DNA of 64,000 bases from Asterias rubens (Eukaryota). The stretch's first letter is position 1, and every line of letters starts with the position of its first letter. The stretch spans positions 10,540,001-10,604,000 of the forward strand of contig NC_047081.1 of assembly GCF_902459465.1 (NCBI RefSeq), in the 5' to 3' direction. Of the stretch, positions 1-13,500 are shown in pieces. Below the pieces are notes generated by a model that saw only the letters and a list, made by a program, of their open reading frames with translations, was not told the DNA's origin and made no database searches. The position numbers and the translations under genes are program-made.

Positions 1-141
1 TATTTCATAAATCCATTTTCCACTTTTTCTGAAATCATCTTTAAATAGTTTCCAACTATTTTCCGAATCATCGCCAACTATTTTTCAAATTACCTTCAAC
101 TTTTTCCCAAATTATCTCCGAAATTTGTTTCCCTCTTGTAG

Positions 142-3100
142 AGGTACAGCCGACCATCGTTGCCTCAAAATACCTCCTGTGTCCTGCACCGAAGATCCAG
201 TCCTCGGGAAGGTAAGCGTCTGTCACCGGGGTCTGAAAAGTCCTGGAGAAGGGGGGAGAAGTGCTTTTGGGATTGGGGTGGGTGTAAGTTTGCCCACGTT
301 CAGGTTAAAGGATTGGGGTACTTTTTGAACGCAAAACACAATGTCCACATATTTACACTTGACTAATACTCAGTTTGAAGACAATAATAACATCAAAGAG
401 GTTTAAGAGATGTTAAATTTGCATCGGGATGAAGCAAATACTTGACACCGATTTATGTTATAGCATTGTATACTATGAGTACTTTCCCGAGTTCGGTGAT
501 AAAGAATCACCAGTATTTATTATTCGGGGAAGTTCTTGATTTTGTTGAATGTTTTATTAACATCAATTATATCCCTTACTCTCTTTTTATCTTTTTTTTT
601 TCGTTTTCGTTTTCTTTTGGTAGCTTTGTGGTTCTACAGGTGTCAGTCAACGGTATATCATTTATTTCCAGCAATGTGACCATTACGGCGACAAACTGCA
701 CAAAGGTACGCGCTTAATTACTATAACAACTTAACGATAGCCAGAACCCAAATCGGGAATTTTAAGTGAAAATGAAGGCCTACTGTAGTTCTCTGTAAAA
801 TATATTTAGAATTTATTTGTTTCGGATTATTTAACTTTCTCTATCATCCTCTTCCCTCATTTGCTTTTGTTTTCGGTTTGAGTCTGGCAAGCTTCATTGT
901 CATTTTTTGTTTTATGAAGGAAAACAATTTTAAACACAAAATCTTCCTGATTTCAGTGGGTAATGTGTCTTTGTGTTTTGTATAAAAACAGCCGGATGTA
1001 ACTGGTGTGGTGTTAGCGTTCTTATTGGCGTTCCTGGTACTCGGCCTGTTGCTTCTGTGGTGGTTTTGGCAACTCCTTTGCTGTGTGGTAAGTTTTCACT
1101 GGTGCACATCTTCCTTGTTGAGGGTTTCAGTTCCAATCACTGGTGTACATCTTCCTTGTTGAGGGTTTCAGTTCCAATCACTGGTGTACATCTTCCTTGT
1201 TGAGGGTTTCAGTTCCAATCACTGGTGCACATCTTCCTTGTTGAGGGTTTCAGTTCCAATCACTGGTGTACATCTTCCTTGGTGAGGGAATTCAGTTCCA
1301 ATTTAAGTCTACGGAAGCTAAAAGTTGCTATCCACAATTCCTTGTTTCTGGGCTAAGTCAGCTAGTGCCACCTTAAAAAAAAATAGTTTTTACCTCTTTT
1401 GTGTTTGTATCAGGAGTGAAAAACGCACAGAAATGCATGGCACTATAAAAATCATGCAAGGAAACAAAAAAATTCAAAATAGCCACGTGCCCAACACGGT
1501 GCATTAATTGTTTGCTAATAATTATTTAATTAATTATGTGACTGGCATTTTTGTGGAGAACAACGGAACGGTAAACTCTAGCAGCTACCCTGTCAAAAAC
1601 TGCAGAGTTCTGTTGGGTCGGATCCAAAAAACTAATTTTCCAGGCACATTTTCATTTACATCTTATGACCTATTTTTGACGATGTCTTTTCCCATCTCCA
1701 GGTTGTGACGTCGCCACCACCGCCCATTGATGAGCCGCAGTCGCCATCAGCGAAGAAATGGCCCGCGGTGAACGCCTCGGTGTACGGCGGGGGAGGGGTT
1801 GGTGGAATGAAACCAGTCACGGTCAGTTGAAATAATGTTTAGTTTCATCCTCTTAATTTTCTCCTCTTCTAAGGAAGCCATTCATGGGCCATTGAGACGA
1901 AGCAAAGTCATTTATGACTTATGTCTCACTTTGACTTGGTAATTCATTCATTCACTCTTTATTAGTCGAAAAGGGAAATGAAATTTGTTACACCCAACAA
2001 GATATATTGATATAAGACATAATTCAATAAACAGTTCATACATACAAAAGCCAATTTCCTATGCCACCTTTTACTACCTATGCAGTATTTAAAAAGCAGG
2101 ACAATTCTTTTCAGAACTGAGAAGTGTCCCAAATTTTGAAAATGTACTCCGTAGTAGTAGAATGTTAAGTGAGACAAAATTCAAAAGAACATAAACTACC
2201 CGCATCACTACTAAAAAATACATGGTATCCCTGCAAACCAAGTATACATTCATACAAAAGCCAATAAGTACACTTACAATTGATTGAAATATAGTTATAA
2301 GATATAAGTCTGTTATTTCAATGATTTATTATCGTAAAAGCAATTTCCTGTGACGGATTGATGATTTAGGCCTCTGTGTTTTTTGTTCTTTCTGTTCCTC
2401 TTTTATATTTAGTTTTGAATTGTTTACCTTATGCTTATCCATCTTGACTTTTACAGAATCCAGAAAAGCTTTTCGCTTTTTTTGTATTGAATGATGTATG
2501 ATTGATTGGTTTGTTGGCTTTTTTGTTGATTATTTGTTTTGTATCTTTGTATTGTTAACTCGTTAGACTGATTGACCGATTGCATTGTATTAAACTTGGT
2601 AATTAGTTGATTATTTGGATTTATTGATTTGAATTATTGATTAGCTATTGATTTATTGTATTGATTGACTGTATTGTTACACTGATTGACTTTAGTGGTC
2701 GGTCGGTTGATTGACTATTTTGTACGTATTGTGTAAAATTGACGGTATTAGTTTATTGGTTAGTATTGATTAATCATTTAATATTTTAAGGATTATTTTA
2801 AATAATTTCAATTCTCAGTAATTAAACCATTTATTTCTATCATGAACAGTAAATAGCAGAATAGTAGTGTAGTGGGGTGCCATTAGAAGAAGAACAAAAG
2901 AAGTTGAAATGTTGTAGGCCTATCGATTTATTGATTAGTCCTCAATATTACCATTTTATTTACTTCTGAGTAACATCAATATCAATCAATTATCCTGACT
3001 CGAATTATCTAAATGTAGGTCCGGTGGGGTGACAAGGGCTGCACAGAAGCCGGCTCACATCTTGAAAAGGCCAAGAATGCAAAGGTCGTCCGAGAGGTCG

Positions 3101-4152
3101 ACGAAGGTTCTGACGTCAGACACGGACGTCCCGGATGTGTGGATAGCTTAAAGGTTACAAACGAATCGCATTATCGGTTAATTATACTCAATCAGTTAAT
3201 AGAAAAGAAACGTATGCATGATTATTTTTTTAGATGATGTATTTTTACGTCCACAAAATGATGTTATTGTTTGAACATTGATTTATCAACTTATTATAAC
3301 CTATAAGTACAGACAGGAAACTTATTGATTTGTTTATGTGAATTCGTGCACAAAATAATTGTGAAGAAATTGTTTGAACACATGGTTGACATTTTGTTTT
3401 GTTTTCAACAATCTTCGTCCTTAAAAAAAAAAAAATTCATCCCTTCAAAAAAACGTTATCAAGTTCTAGATGTCATGACCTCAGCCACCCAGCCCATTGT
3501 TTGTAAATCAATAACTTCCTGCTTTTCCTGAATGCATTCCCATTTTTTTCTTTGCTTCTCTTTTTGATAAAGATGGACATGTTTATGTTTGTGCTTGTTT
3601 AAATCTCTAAAGAAGGTCCGGTCTGGATCGAAAGCTAAGGCCATCTCACGGCTAGTTCTTTTTTTTTATATTATATGTGCCTATTGGATATAACTTATGA
3701 TATTAAAATCATTCAATAATATTTCTGAAAATATTTTTAAATACTTTAACATTTTTTTAATGGGTATTATTTTTTCTTGTTTCCATGGTAACAGAAAGCT
3801 ATCGGTGCTTGCTTTGCTCCGATTAAATCTCTGTACAGCCGGATATCTGTGATGAGGCCTGCGCCTGGACAAAAGGTAGGCCCTACGTCATAAGTAATTG
3901 CACTTCTCGGTTTATATCTGGCAAGCAGATACATACATGGTGTTACTGCAAACCAAATATATTGATACCTCACCATGCAATGCCTCAAATCATATACTTT
4001 TCGGTTTCTTATAAATACTTTGGAAATCAGATTTCATCAATGCACATCGCACTTAAGTTTGCAGTATCATTGTTGAATCTAAACATTCGTCTCCGTTCGT
4101 ATCTTTTTAGGGTTGCTGCTGCCAGATGAACAAAGGTGCTGTTCGTATCTAA
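142..4152 (+). CDS. ANTXR: Anthrax toxin receptor-like protein (ANTXR1/ANTXR2 family), 3' part; 5' exons lie upstream of the window
   Basis: GT-AG exons in consistent phase: 142-211, 624-705, 992-1087, 1702-1821, 3019-3153, 3795-3875, 4111-4152 (TAA). Translation has ANTXR hallmarks: YLLCPAP, LQVSVNGISFISSNVTITATNC, TM helix ending LLWWFWQLLCC, PPPP, KWPAVNASVYGGGGVGGMK, VRWGDKGCTEAGSHLEKAKNA, YSRISVMRPAPG. Confidence 0.93.
1097..1303. repeat. 41-bp tandem minisatellite, 5 copies, starting 10 nt into the ANTXR intron after the TM exon
   Basis: Unit CACTGGTG(C/T)ACATCTTCCTTGTTGAGGGTTTCAGTTCCAAT starts at 1097, 1138, 1179, 1220 and 1261; the last copy is diverged. Confidence 0.95.
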
Positions 4153-7100
4153 CTAAAAACGCATCTAGTGTTCGGATATTCTACAGGGTAACTTGATTTT
4201 GTTGTATTAGTTCATTTGATTGTATACCAACCGTTTGGTTGGTAAGTTGTTTGCAACAGCTATAATTCCATTTTCGCATTTGATTTTAACATCAATGTTG
4301 ATGCACTAAAATTGGAAAGTCAGCATATACAGCGAAATCAAAAAGCAGTGATGTCAGGTAGGCCTAATAACAGGTTGTTTGAAGTTGTTTTGGATGATAA
4401 CTTTTCTTGTCATTGTTTCACTTTTGACGAACAAAAAAGCACCTCAACAGCTTTACAGTTCATTACAACTGCACTTATTGTTTGTTTAGTTTACTGTATC
4501 ATTTCTGCTTACATGCATTTAAAACATTGCCGCGTATTCTGGATACTATACTCATTATGCAAAAAACTTTGAAATTGAATCAAAAGAATTTGCTTGTAAC
4601 ACGTTTTTGATTTTGCACACATCACTTGAATAAAACTTACAGTCAGCTCCAATTATCTGTTCATTTTTAATAATTATCATCTACTCGTTCTTTAATAGAC
4701 CCTTCCCATGAAATATGTAAATTGCACATAGCGCGTGCGCACTAAAGTTTTGGTTGGCAAAATGAGGGAACATCGAGCTGTTTTGAACACGGCTAACGGG
4801 TGTATGACGCAAACGCGATTGCGCGTCTGCTTAGTGCACAACTCAATGGTGTTTGCCAACCAACAGGGTCTGTACGTATGCATATTTCATGGGAAGGGTC
4901 CATTCCATCCTCTTGAATTCTACACCAGTAGGCCTTAAACCGGTTTATGTTTTTTTGTGCTGTGTTGTATGTCGTTTGTAGGCCTATAGCCTTCGAGAAA
5001 GACGCTGCTTCATTGGGTATACATGTATAAACATCTTGCCATTAACTATTTTTTGCGTTTTTACAAGTTGGCATGCATTTTAATTATAGGTCCTGTATTT
5101 TCTAGTTTACCCAGTACTTCTTTGTGATGATTGTTTCATGTTTTATAATAATTATTATACATTGTACATAAACTTACAATTATTATGTATTTTAATGTAA
5201 GGAAGGTCAGCCATGCGCAGGTAAGAGGGGGCGCCCTCTGTTGTCCAAGTTCTGGAACTAGCAAGATTGGTGTTATTAAGGATTTGAAAAAGTGTTCGTA
5301 AGTTATTGAATATATGTTTACGGCTGAGCTTAAAATGTTGTTAAGGAAAAGTAAGAAATGCGATTTTTACCAAATGGGAATTCGCGTTTTGGAGAAATTT
5401 GTTTTGATTTATTTTATAGCAATTGGGGAACAACGAAATGGTGAATTTATAATTGCAGGCAATTGTAAGTGAAGCTGTTGTTGTGTCATTTGAAGAAAAT
5501 GTATTGTTGGTAAACTTTAAATTGAAAAAGTTTAATTTATTTGTTTAAAGTTCAGTACGCTACCACACACCGATGACGTCATCATTTCGAATGCAGCAGG
5601 CACTGAAGTTCTAAGTTGAAAACAAGTGGTGGGTGCCGTGTTTAGTCGGGTTTGGAAAGAATAAAATTGTTATTGCCTTGTTGGCATTTTGTTCAGCTTT
5701 GTCATTGTTTACCTTTTAAAACACAAGCGCTGGAACAAGAGAAAAAAAGTCACATGATTAATCCGCAGTCAGGGTAGTTATTCTAATTTGATATTTTTTG
5801 ATAGGCGCCAGCCAGTTTGGGCCATGTCCATAGTTGGGATAAAATTGCCAAAAATAACAGGTGGGCCACTTTGGACCATCCTACTTGGGACAGGCCCAAT
5901 TCTTGTCAGGGTTTAAACGTCACTGTCGTCATGCCCTATCGATATAATTTTCTAATCGAATAATCATCAACATGTATTGATTAATTTACATCCGTCGCCT
6001 GTAAGGATAGATTGCACACGTGACATCTTTGACCGCCATCTTAATTACTTTATTTCGATGTAAACAGTCCCTGTGATATGTAAAATAATAAATAGTTATA
6101 TTTGGGGAAGCAAGATGTGTGTTTTTTTTTACCACCACTTCTTTCTTTTTGTATTATGCCCTTATTGTTTATCTATCATACAAAATTAGACTTATGAAAA
6201 CTTATTAATTTATCATGACTTTGATCTCCTCGTGATTGACTTCCTTGGGGTTAAATCTTGATTGTTAAATTGCATGTGCATTCTTCTTTTGAAAAAAAGA
6301 GAGAAAAGACGATTTTGCAACAGCCTGTCTGTCTGTCCAATTAAAATACCTCTCCCCCCCCCCCTTCTTCATTTTTTATTTTATTTAATTCAATTATTTT
6401 TTTTACTTTTTTTTTTTTTTTTTTTGGGGGGGGGGGGGGGACACACCTAAAACAACAAAACAAAAAATAATGCGTTAAAAATAAATCATCCTGTATGATT
6501 AGCCAATGGTACTTAATAAACTTGATTTAAAGGTTGGCCAACTATAGTTGTTGAAATAGCAGATGCAGTGGCTTTGAAGGGCAGAGGAAATTACTAAATT
6601 AAACAGTAATAGAAACAGGAACACAGAGTGAGTTTTTATTTGTTCATTTATTTATTTATTCAGCAAGACTGCAAACTGACAGTTCATTTTAAAATAATAC
6701 ACATGGAAAGTTTCTTTTTGTTATTCTTTTAAAAGTGGCTTTGTGAATCCAGGCATGAAATATTTATGGCATCATATCTCGACTGTAGAATCGTATACAA
6801 ACATTTCTTCATTTAAAAGTTTATTCCCTTTTTTTTTTTTTGTATTCCGTCAGTCCATAATACTATTTACAGTTCTCTTGTTAAAATTCAAGTCAGTGCT
6901 TTAAACAACATTAAATTGATCTCATGTAAAATTATTTTAATTTTAGGAAGTTTTTTTTAATATTTCCTTTCTTTTTGATAAAAGGGTATGTGTTTATATT
7001 TCCGTCATTCTTAAAACTTTCTCCCAAATGCCAGTCTGTTTCCTTTAAAATCGATATCTAATTTCAAGTTCAAGTTTTCCTGAAATCAGCCCAACGAATG

Positions 7101-7385
7101 TTTTTGTAATAAATAAATTGAATATTTCCCTCGGTCTTGCACAAACTATCTTACAAACCTGCCAGAAGACTTTCTAACCTCCTTCCAAAACACACCGGTA
7201 TCTCATTTGAATTGTTACATAATTTTGCAGGTGCTTATGAATTGTTATCTTCCTTCGTTTCTGGATTTCACAATTCTTACAGATTAATCCTAAGTTGAGT
7301 TGTCATGAGACATCGTACTTTGCTCAGCAAATAAGATTGATTTACATTCAAAATTATTCTTATCTGTTTATAAAAATGACCCCTG

Positions 7386-7541
7386 GGGTGGATTTCACAA
7401 AGAGTGAAGACTAGTCTTATCTCGAGCTAGGACGAATTACTCGTCCGAGTTACTCGTCCTAAAAGAAAACGAGGACTGGCCTCAAGTTTTTGCTATCTCC
7501 TAGGATTAGGACTAGTCCTAACCCCTTTGTGAAATCAGCCC
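7386..7541. mobile_element. MITE with GGGTGGATTTCACAAAG-type TIR and CTG TSD (PIF/Harbinger-like), in the TMEM145 3' UTR
   Basis: GGGTGGATTTCACAAAG ... CTTTGTGAAATCAGCCC flanked by CTG (7383-7385, 7542-7544). Same TIR type at 33940, 49307 and 56787. Confidence 0.8.
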
Positions 7542-7573
7542 CTGGGGTTGAAAGTGATCGGTTTTTCGGTTAT

Positions 7574-10500
7574 CTAAAAGTCGGTCACGGTGAGATCATT
7601 GAGCGGGATCTCAACGAACTGTTCTTGGTCTGTAATGCGTCGTTTGTCCATCCACTGGTCCTGCGATGGCGGGGTACCGGGCACCACCTGCGAGGACGAC
7701 TTACGAGCTGTCAGATGGAAGGATGCTTTTCTACCCGGTGGCCTCTCACCCTTGGGAGGTGAAGCAGTTTTAGGAGGATCAGAAGGAGGTCGATTGTTGT
7801 TCACCTTCTGAGACAAAATGATCAAAAAAATGCATGTTTAAAATTATGGAATGGATGTACCCAGGGTACTCCTAGAATTATTAAGTTCATTCAGTGATTG
7901 CTCCACGAGGAGACGATAGCGGAACGAACGTCTTAGTTCTAGGAGATACCCAGAGGTGCCAACATTAACATCTTGCGATCAGGGAGATTTTGCAATCAGC
8001 AATCATGTAGAGTTGGCAGCTCTGTGCACCATCCCATTGGTCAGATTCTCCAACCCCCCCCCCCCTCCCTCCCTCCACCAGGAAATATAGGTTTTCTCGG
8101 TCAAATTCGGCAAATAAGCAGCCAATTTCATTTTCATGCGTTCGAATTAAAGTTGTTTTTTGCCTCTCCAGTTGTTACTCTGTTTCAAATTCAGAATTCG
8201 GCCATTCAGTTTTGGTTTGAGATCGAGTCAAATTCCTTTAGCACTCTGTTCAATTTTGTGGATCGTCCTTCTTTTTCGAGACACAAACGCATCAAGAAGC
8301 GAATCAACTTGAAAGCTGCTGTGAATTGTTAAATTGAATGATTAGTTAAAGCGAATGACGCAACATTAAATTTGACTTATGATAAAACAAAATCGAATGA
8401 CCCTTTTCAGTAGCATTCGATTTCGCGCGAAATAGAATAGCTTGATGGTTAAATTGGCTGTTCATTTTCCGAAATTGGCCGAGAAAACCTATAAATAAAT
8501 TAATAAATAAATAACTGTTTCTTATGTTTCAGTACACAACTTCTTGCTCCCCATCATCAAATTCACATTACCTTTAGAGGTCCTGGTGATAACTCCCTTT
8601 CGACACAAAACACAGAGAGGTTGGGCCCAGCAGAGGCAGCCTGCGTGGTGGGAGAACAACGGTAGAGAAATTTAAGCTGAAGCGATTATTTTGTTTTTCA
8701 AAGTAGGCACAATAATCACTGGGAAATCTTTGCCAAAATATCGCTTTCGGTAATTGTTCTTTCCTTTGTTCATGTAAGAAATGTTAACATCCTTCTTTAG
8801 ACTTTGTGCTCCAAATTCTTTGTGGAATCTCACTCTCCCCTTTATTATGGCATGTTTTGCAAAATAAAAATGGCCTTGCCCCCCTCAAAGATGGCATCCA
8901 GGCCATCAAATCGAAACTTGATTTGTCGGTTCTGTTCACATTGACAGTTGGGCCTTATGAGAATATATGAAGTAGGTGGAGTTTGTACTTTGAAACTATT
9001 GATCGTTAAGATTTTTACCTGTGTCTGCTGGAAAAGACTGTCACAAGGCGAAGAACTAGGAGGTGATCGAGACACAGCTCGTAGTGTAGTCTGTATGAAG
9101 TTGTTGACTCGAGGTGCTCGTAGGCCAGAGATGGTGTAAGGCTAAATGTAACACGATTAAGAAAACTCATTTAGGCCTGTGTGCTTCGTTTTTTTTTAAA
9201 GAGCACCAATACATTTTCTCCTTGATAAAAGGAGGAAATTGTAAATTTCTACTTGAGCATTTTAAGGGCACCAAGGGCTTACGGAAGCATGCATGGAATC
9301 AGCGCTTTACGTCTCTGTGCTTATGTCAAGCGTCTTTCACAGGTTAGCTGTGTGCGCATGCGTACGCCATGTTACTAGCATTCTTCGCTTACTCAGCTGG
9401 AAAATCAGCGTTTGTACTGTAAGCATAGAACGGTGATCAAAAGCGCATAATTCTGTAGTAAGCGAGTCCAGAAATTAGGCCCAGGGTGTCTGATTTACCT
9501 CACTGAACTGTTGGATACAAATTGATCAAACCTGTAAGGCTCCCAAGATTTTGAGAAAACTTAAGAACAACTTACCGGTGGTATGTCAACTTTTGGTGGC
9601 GGTGTCGTCACAAAGATGTTTGTGAGAGATCTAGTCAGAGGTTCACCAATGTATGGATTTGTGAAGTCCGCCTCGTTGCTATCAGTCATGAGCATTGCCC
9701 CAATCTAACAAAGAATTAATTAAAGATTTAATTTAAAATGAGCATAAGATGGTCACCCACATTGCAGTCAACTGAGGACCTACTGTTCCTCTCTGTTGTG
9801 ATGGTCAGAAACCCCCATGCTCTGACACCAGGCCTTAAAATAACTGAAGGCACCTACAGCAAATGCCACAGTGCCCTGCGCCGTCCTTTGCCAAGTACCA
9901 ACACAAATTTAAATTTTCTTCATAGAAAGTGCCCATTGCCAGAGAAAAATTACTTTGCCTTTTCAAGAGTGAAGTTCTAACTTACTGAAATTGCTACCTT
10001 CTTTATGCTTCTTCTTACCTGATTAGTCTTAATGTGGTACGGAAAGTACTCGTTGGTTCGATCGGGACGTGTTAGAACCAAGAAGATCATGTGTCCAAGG
10101 AATACGGCCGACCAGTAGATGCCGTTAACAATCTTAGCCCTGTAAGCCGAATGGAAGACAATTAATTAGTTACATAGACATGTTAGGATTAATTCTAGGG
10201 TATAGGGGTAGAGTTACAACTGACCAATTGGGCCAATTTTATGAAGTTGCTAAACATATTTTGGAGGGGTTAGCAGAAACGGGTAACCAGCCAAAATTAA
10301 GTGTAGATTTGTTTGCCATTACTCACCTCTTACTTGTTAAAAAGTTGCTAAGCACAATTTTTGGGAGCTTAGCAGAAATGGGTAACCAGCAAGAATTAAT
10401 TGTAGATTTGTTTGCCAATACTCACCTCTTATGTGTGGGTATGAACTCATTGGCCACGCCTATCATGATGGGTTCAGCAACGAACCAAACGGCGAAGAAG

Positions 10501-13500
10501 AGCATGAACGGCACGTAGAATTTGAACTTTGATGCGAAATGTTTGATGGTGAAGAAGACACAGTAGTAAAGCCACACCACACCTGGAGAATAAGAATAAA
10601 TATAGTTACAATTAATAACTAAATCTTCATAGCGCATTTTTACAATCAGTGCGCTTTACATTAGTGCCTTGGTCATTGGGCCTATAACATTCCTGCAATC
10701 TTTTTCAGCTCCTTTTGGGCGTAAACGTCAAGGGCTGCCGTTCAGCTCTAAGGCTTTTCATACACAATATCAACTTTCTACTCTCACACGTACACTTTTA
10801 TACCCCTGGGTGAAGAGAAGCAATTATAGTAAAGCATTTTGCTCAAGAACACAAGTGCCATGGATGACCGGGATTTGAACCCACACTCCAATAGAACTTG
10901 AATTCAATGCTCTTAACCACTTTGATGTTCTTTCCACCATGGATGCAAATACCTTTATAAGTCTTATTTGACATACAACTTTATTGGTTCCACAATTTCT
11001 GGTACAAACTTAGAAACTTTTGACTTACCGATGCAGCGCAGTACAATCAGAGCCATGGCGGCCGGGCTGTCATAGATAAACATGACATCCCGGGGGTCAA
11101 AGTTCGACTGAGCGTAGACATAAAGGAAGATGAACGTTCCTGCATAGAGGCATGTGAAGATGGCCAGCTTGATGCTGCCAGAGGTGCTTAAACGTCCTCT
11201 AAAGGAGGAGGGCAAAGAAGAAATACATTTATAAGAAACTAAGAGAGGTTTCAATGTCTCGTTATGAGTAGTCTGAAAATAACTGGTGGTTAACGACTCG
11301 GTGTTCGATCAGGATGCTCTGATCTGATGGTCTATGTTTCAAAATTTCAAATTTCCTACTAAAAATAAGAATGTCTCATAGAACACCCAGATATGCGTCT
11401 TCTATTCCTATGCAGAACAATTTCATCAGAAATTATTATATTCTTAAACTCTAAAGTCGTTCTCTTTGAAAAGTGGTCCGCCAATCAACGGACTCAGTAT
11501 GAAAGTGCCCTGGGTAGCCATGGGATGAAAAAAAGTCCGAGGCCTCCCCAGGGCTGTATTTCACAGGGATATGGGATACAGTATGAAAAGGGCTTTATTA
11601 GGTGACATCACATCCACACCCCCCCCCCCTCCCCTTACAGCCACCTACCTGGTGATTGTGTATCCCTTTCCCACCAGCATCAGCATCAGAACAAAGAGTA
11701 CATCACCGAAAGATGACACAATATGTCCTGATAAGACACAAACACGGAAAATGGTTTGTTAGTAACACTTAATAAACTTAATGGCAATAAAAAGGTGTGG
11801 TTAGCAGCAGATTTCGAAAACATTATGAGAAACACTTCACTTACTTCAAAGTTATGTGGTTTTGTAAAAAGATCTCACTTTTTTTGTTGCAAATTTTAAT
11901 CTGAGAAGCCTCGAACTGTCAGTCACAATTTACAAACTTCCTTATAGAGGTGGCCTTTACCAAGAAGAAAATGCCTCGATACTCTTGCATTTAAAAAAAC
12001 GAAGCATCGATCAGGTCAGGCCTGCCATTTTGTTCAAGCGTCGAAAGTGTTTGGATTTGTTTGCGATAAACACTCTTACCTGTGGTCTTCAGTCCAGGCA
12101 TTTCAATGCCATCCCCAGCGAAGCTCGCTAAGGCGATGATGATGAATATAAGTGCAATGAGCTGCATGCAGACAGATGCAAAGAAGAGCTGATAGGTAGA
12201 GTGCAACAGTCTCTGCTTGGCCAGTTGGACTGCAATCAAGAATTTTGTTTTTTAGGATCAGTAGGATTTGAAACTTTGCAAGGTGGGTGTGATATTATTT
12301 GCTTTGGCCCACTTGGCTACACCCAGCTCATAAATATTCAGTATTGTATAATTTGCATACAGCTCATGTCAAAGGTCACACCATGACCTGCATTCCCAGG
12401 TTTAGTAAATAAAATGTTTTCCCAGTATGGCAGCTCCTTTGCACATGGGTGTGTATTTATTGTCCGTAAAACCCATGCCAAATACACCAAAGTGGGAGTA
12501 TAATTAGGCGAGGTTTGTGGTAGCATCATGTGTAAATATCTTTTTAGTAGTGTTGGTTTTGAAAAGAAGCGAGTTGTCAACCGCCTTTTCTTTCAGAACC
12601 AACACTACTCAAAAGAGACTACACACTGGCGATATTATGGAAAACCTCACTTACTAATAATAGGATCAATCATTTATTTCAATTTCCCAATGAAAGACAA
12701 TTAATCACAAACACTTTTTGTTTGGGGTGGGGGTACAGTACATTTTGTAAAAAAAGCAAATAAAAATATGCTTACATCTATAATAAACTCCTGTCAAAGC
12801 CATGAGGAAGTAGAGAATGGCAAAGGCGATACTGGTCTGCAAAGTGACTGTGATAATAGAGAGGGTATTAAATCAGGGACTTGTCGAACGAGGCAACTTT
12901 TAAAACACATTTGAACTTGGAGGCAACCAACTGCAGTGCCAGCAGAAGGAACACTTTGATAGCACAAGAGTCATTCTTCAACATCCCTAAGAAAAATATT
13001 TGAACACCTTCTTGGAGATTGCCTGGAACTGGTTGCCTGTAAATTGCCTCGTTTATTGGCCATGTTACAGTGGGGCCAAGATATGGCATCAGTGTATTTT
13101 ATGACCTGTTATTCTGGTTTGTAGAGCAGCTCAAAACAATAAACTAAAATGGATTTCTGTGATTTATTATAATTCTTATCTTTATTTGGAACACAAAAAA
13201 AAAAGACATATAAAACAAAGCATGACATTATAATCACAATCACAGAATACATTAATAAAGAATATCAAAGTGAGAAGACAATAACGCAAGGTAAAATAGA
13301 ACAAAACCATTACAGAAAAAAAGACAAAAATAATTAGAAGTTAAAATCAAAACTCACAACGCTCATCTGCGGAGAAGTGTTTGTCGATGGGACGGTCTCC
13401 GTTCGTCATATTCAGTTTGTATTGCATGTAGATGCCTTGTCTAGGACTAATTCCATTGCAGTTGGCAATGTTGATAAACCACCAACGGGCCCGGGGTGCC

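Noticed and set aside
1097-1303. CRISPR-like 41-bp repeats
   Set aside because: Head-to-tail units with no spacers; an intronic VNTR.
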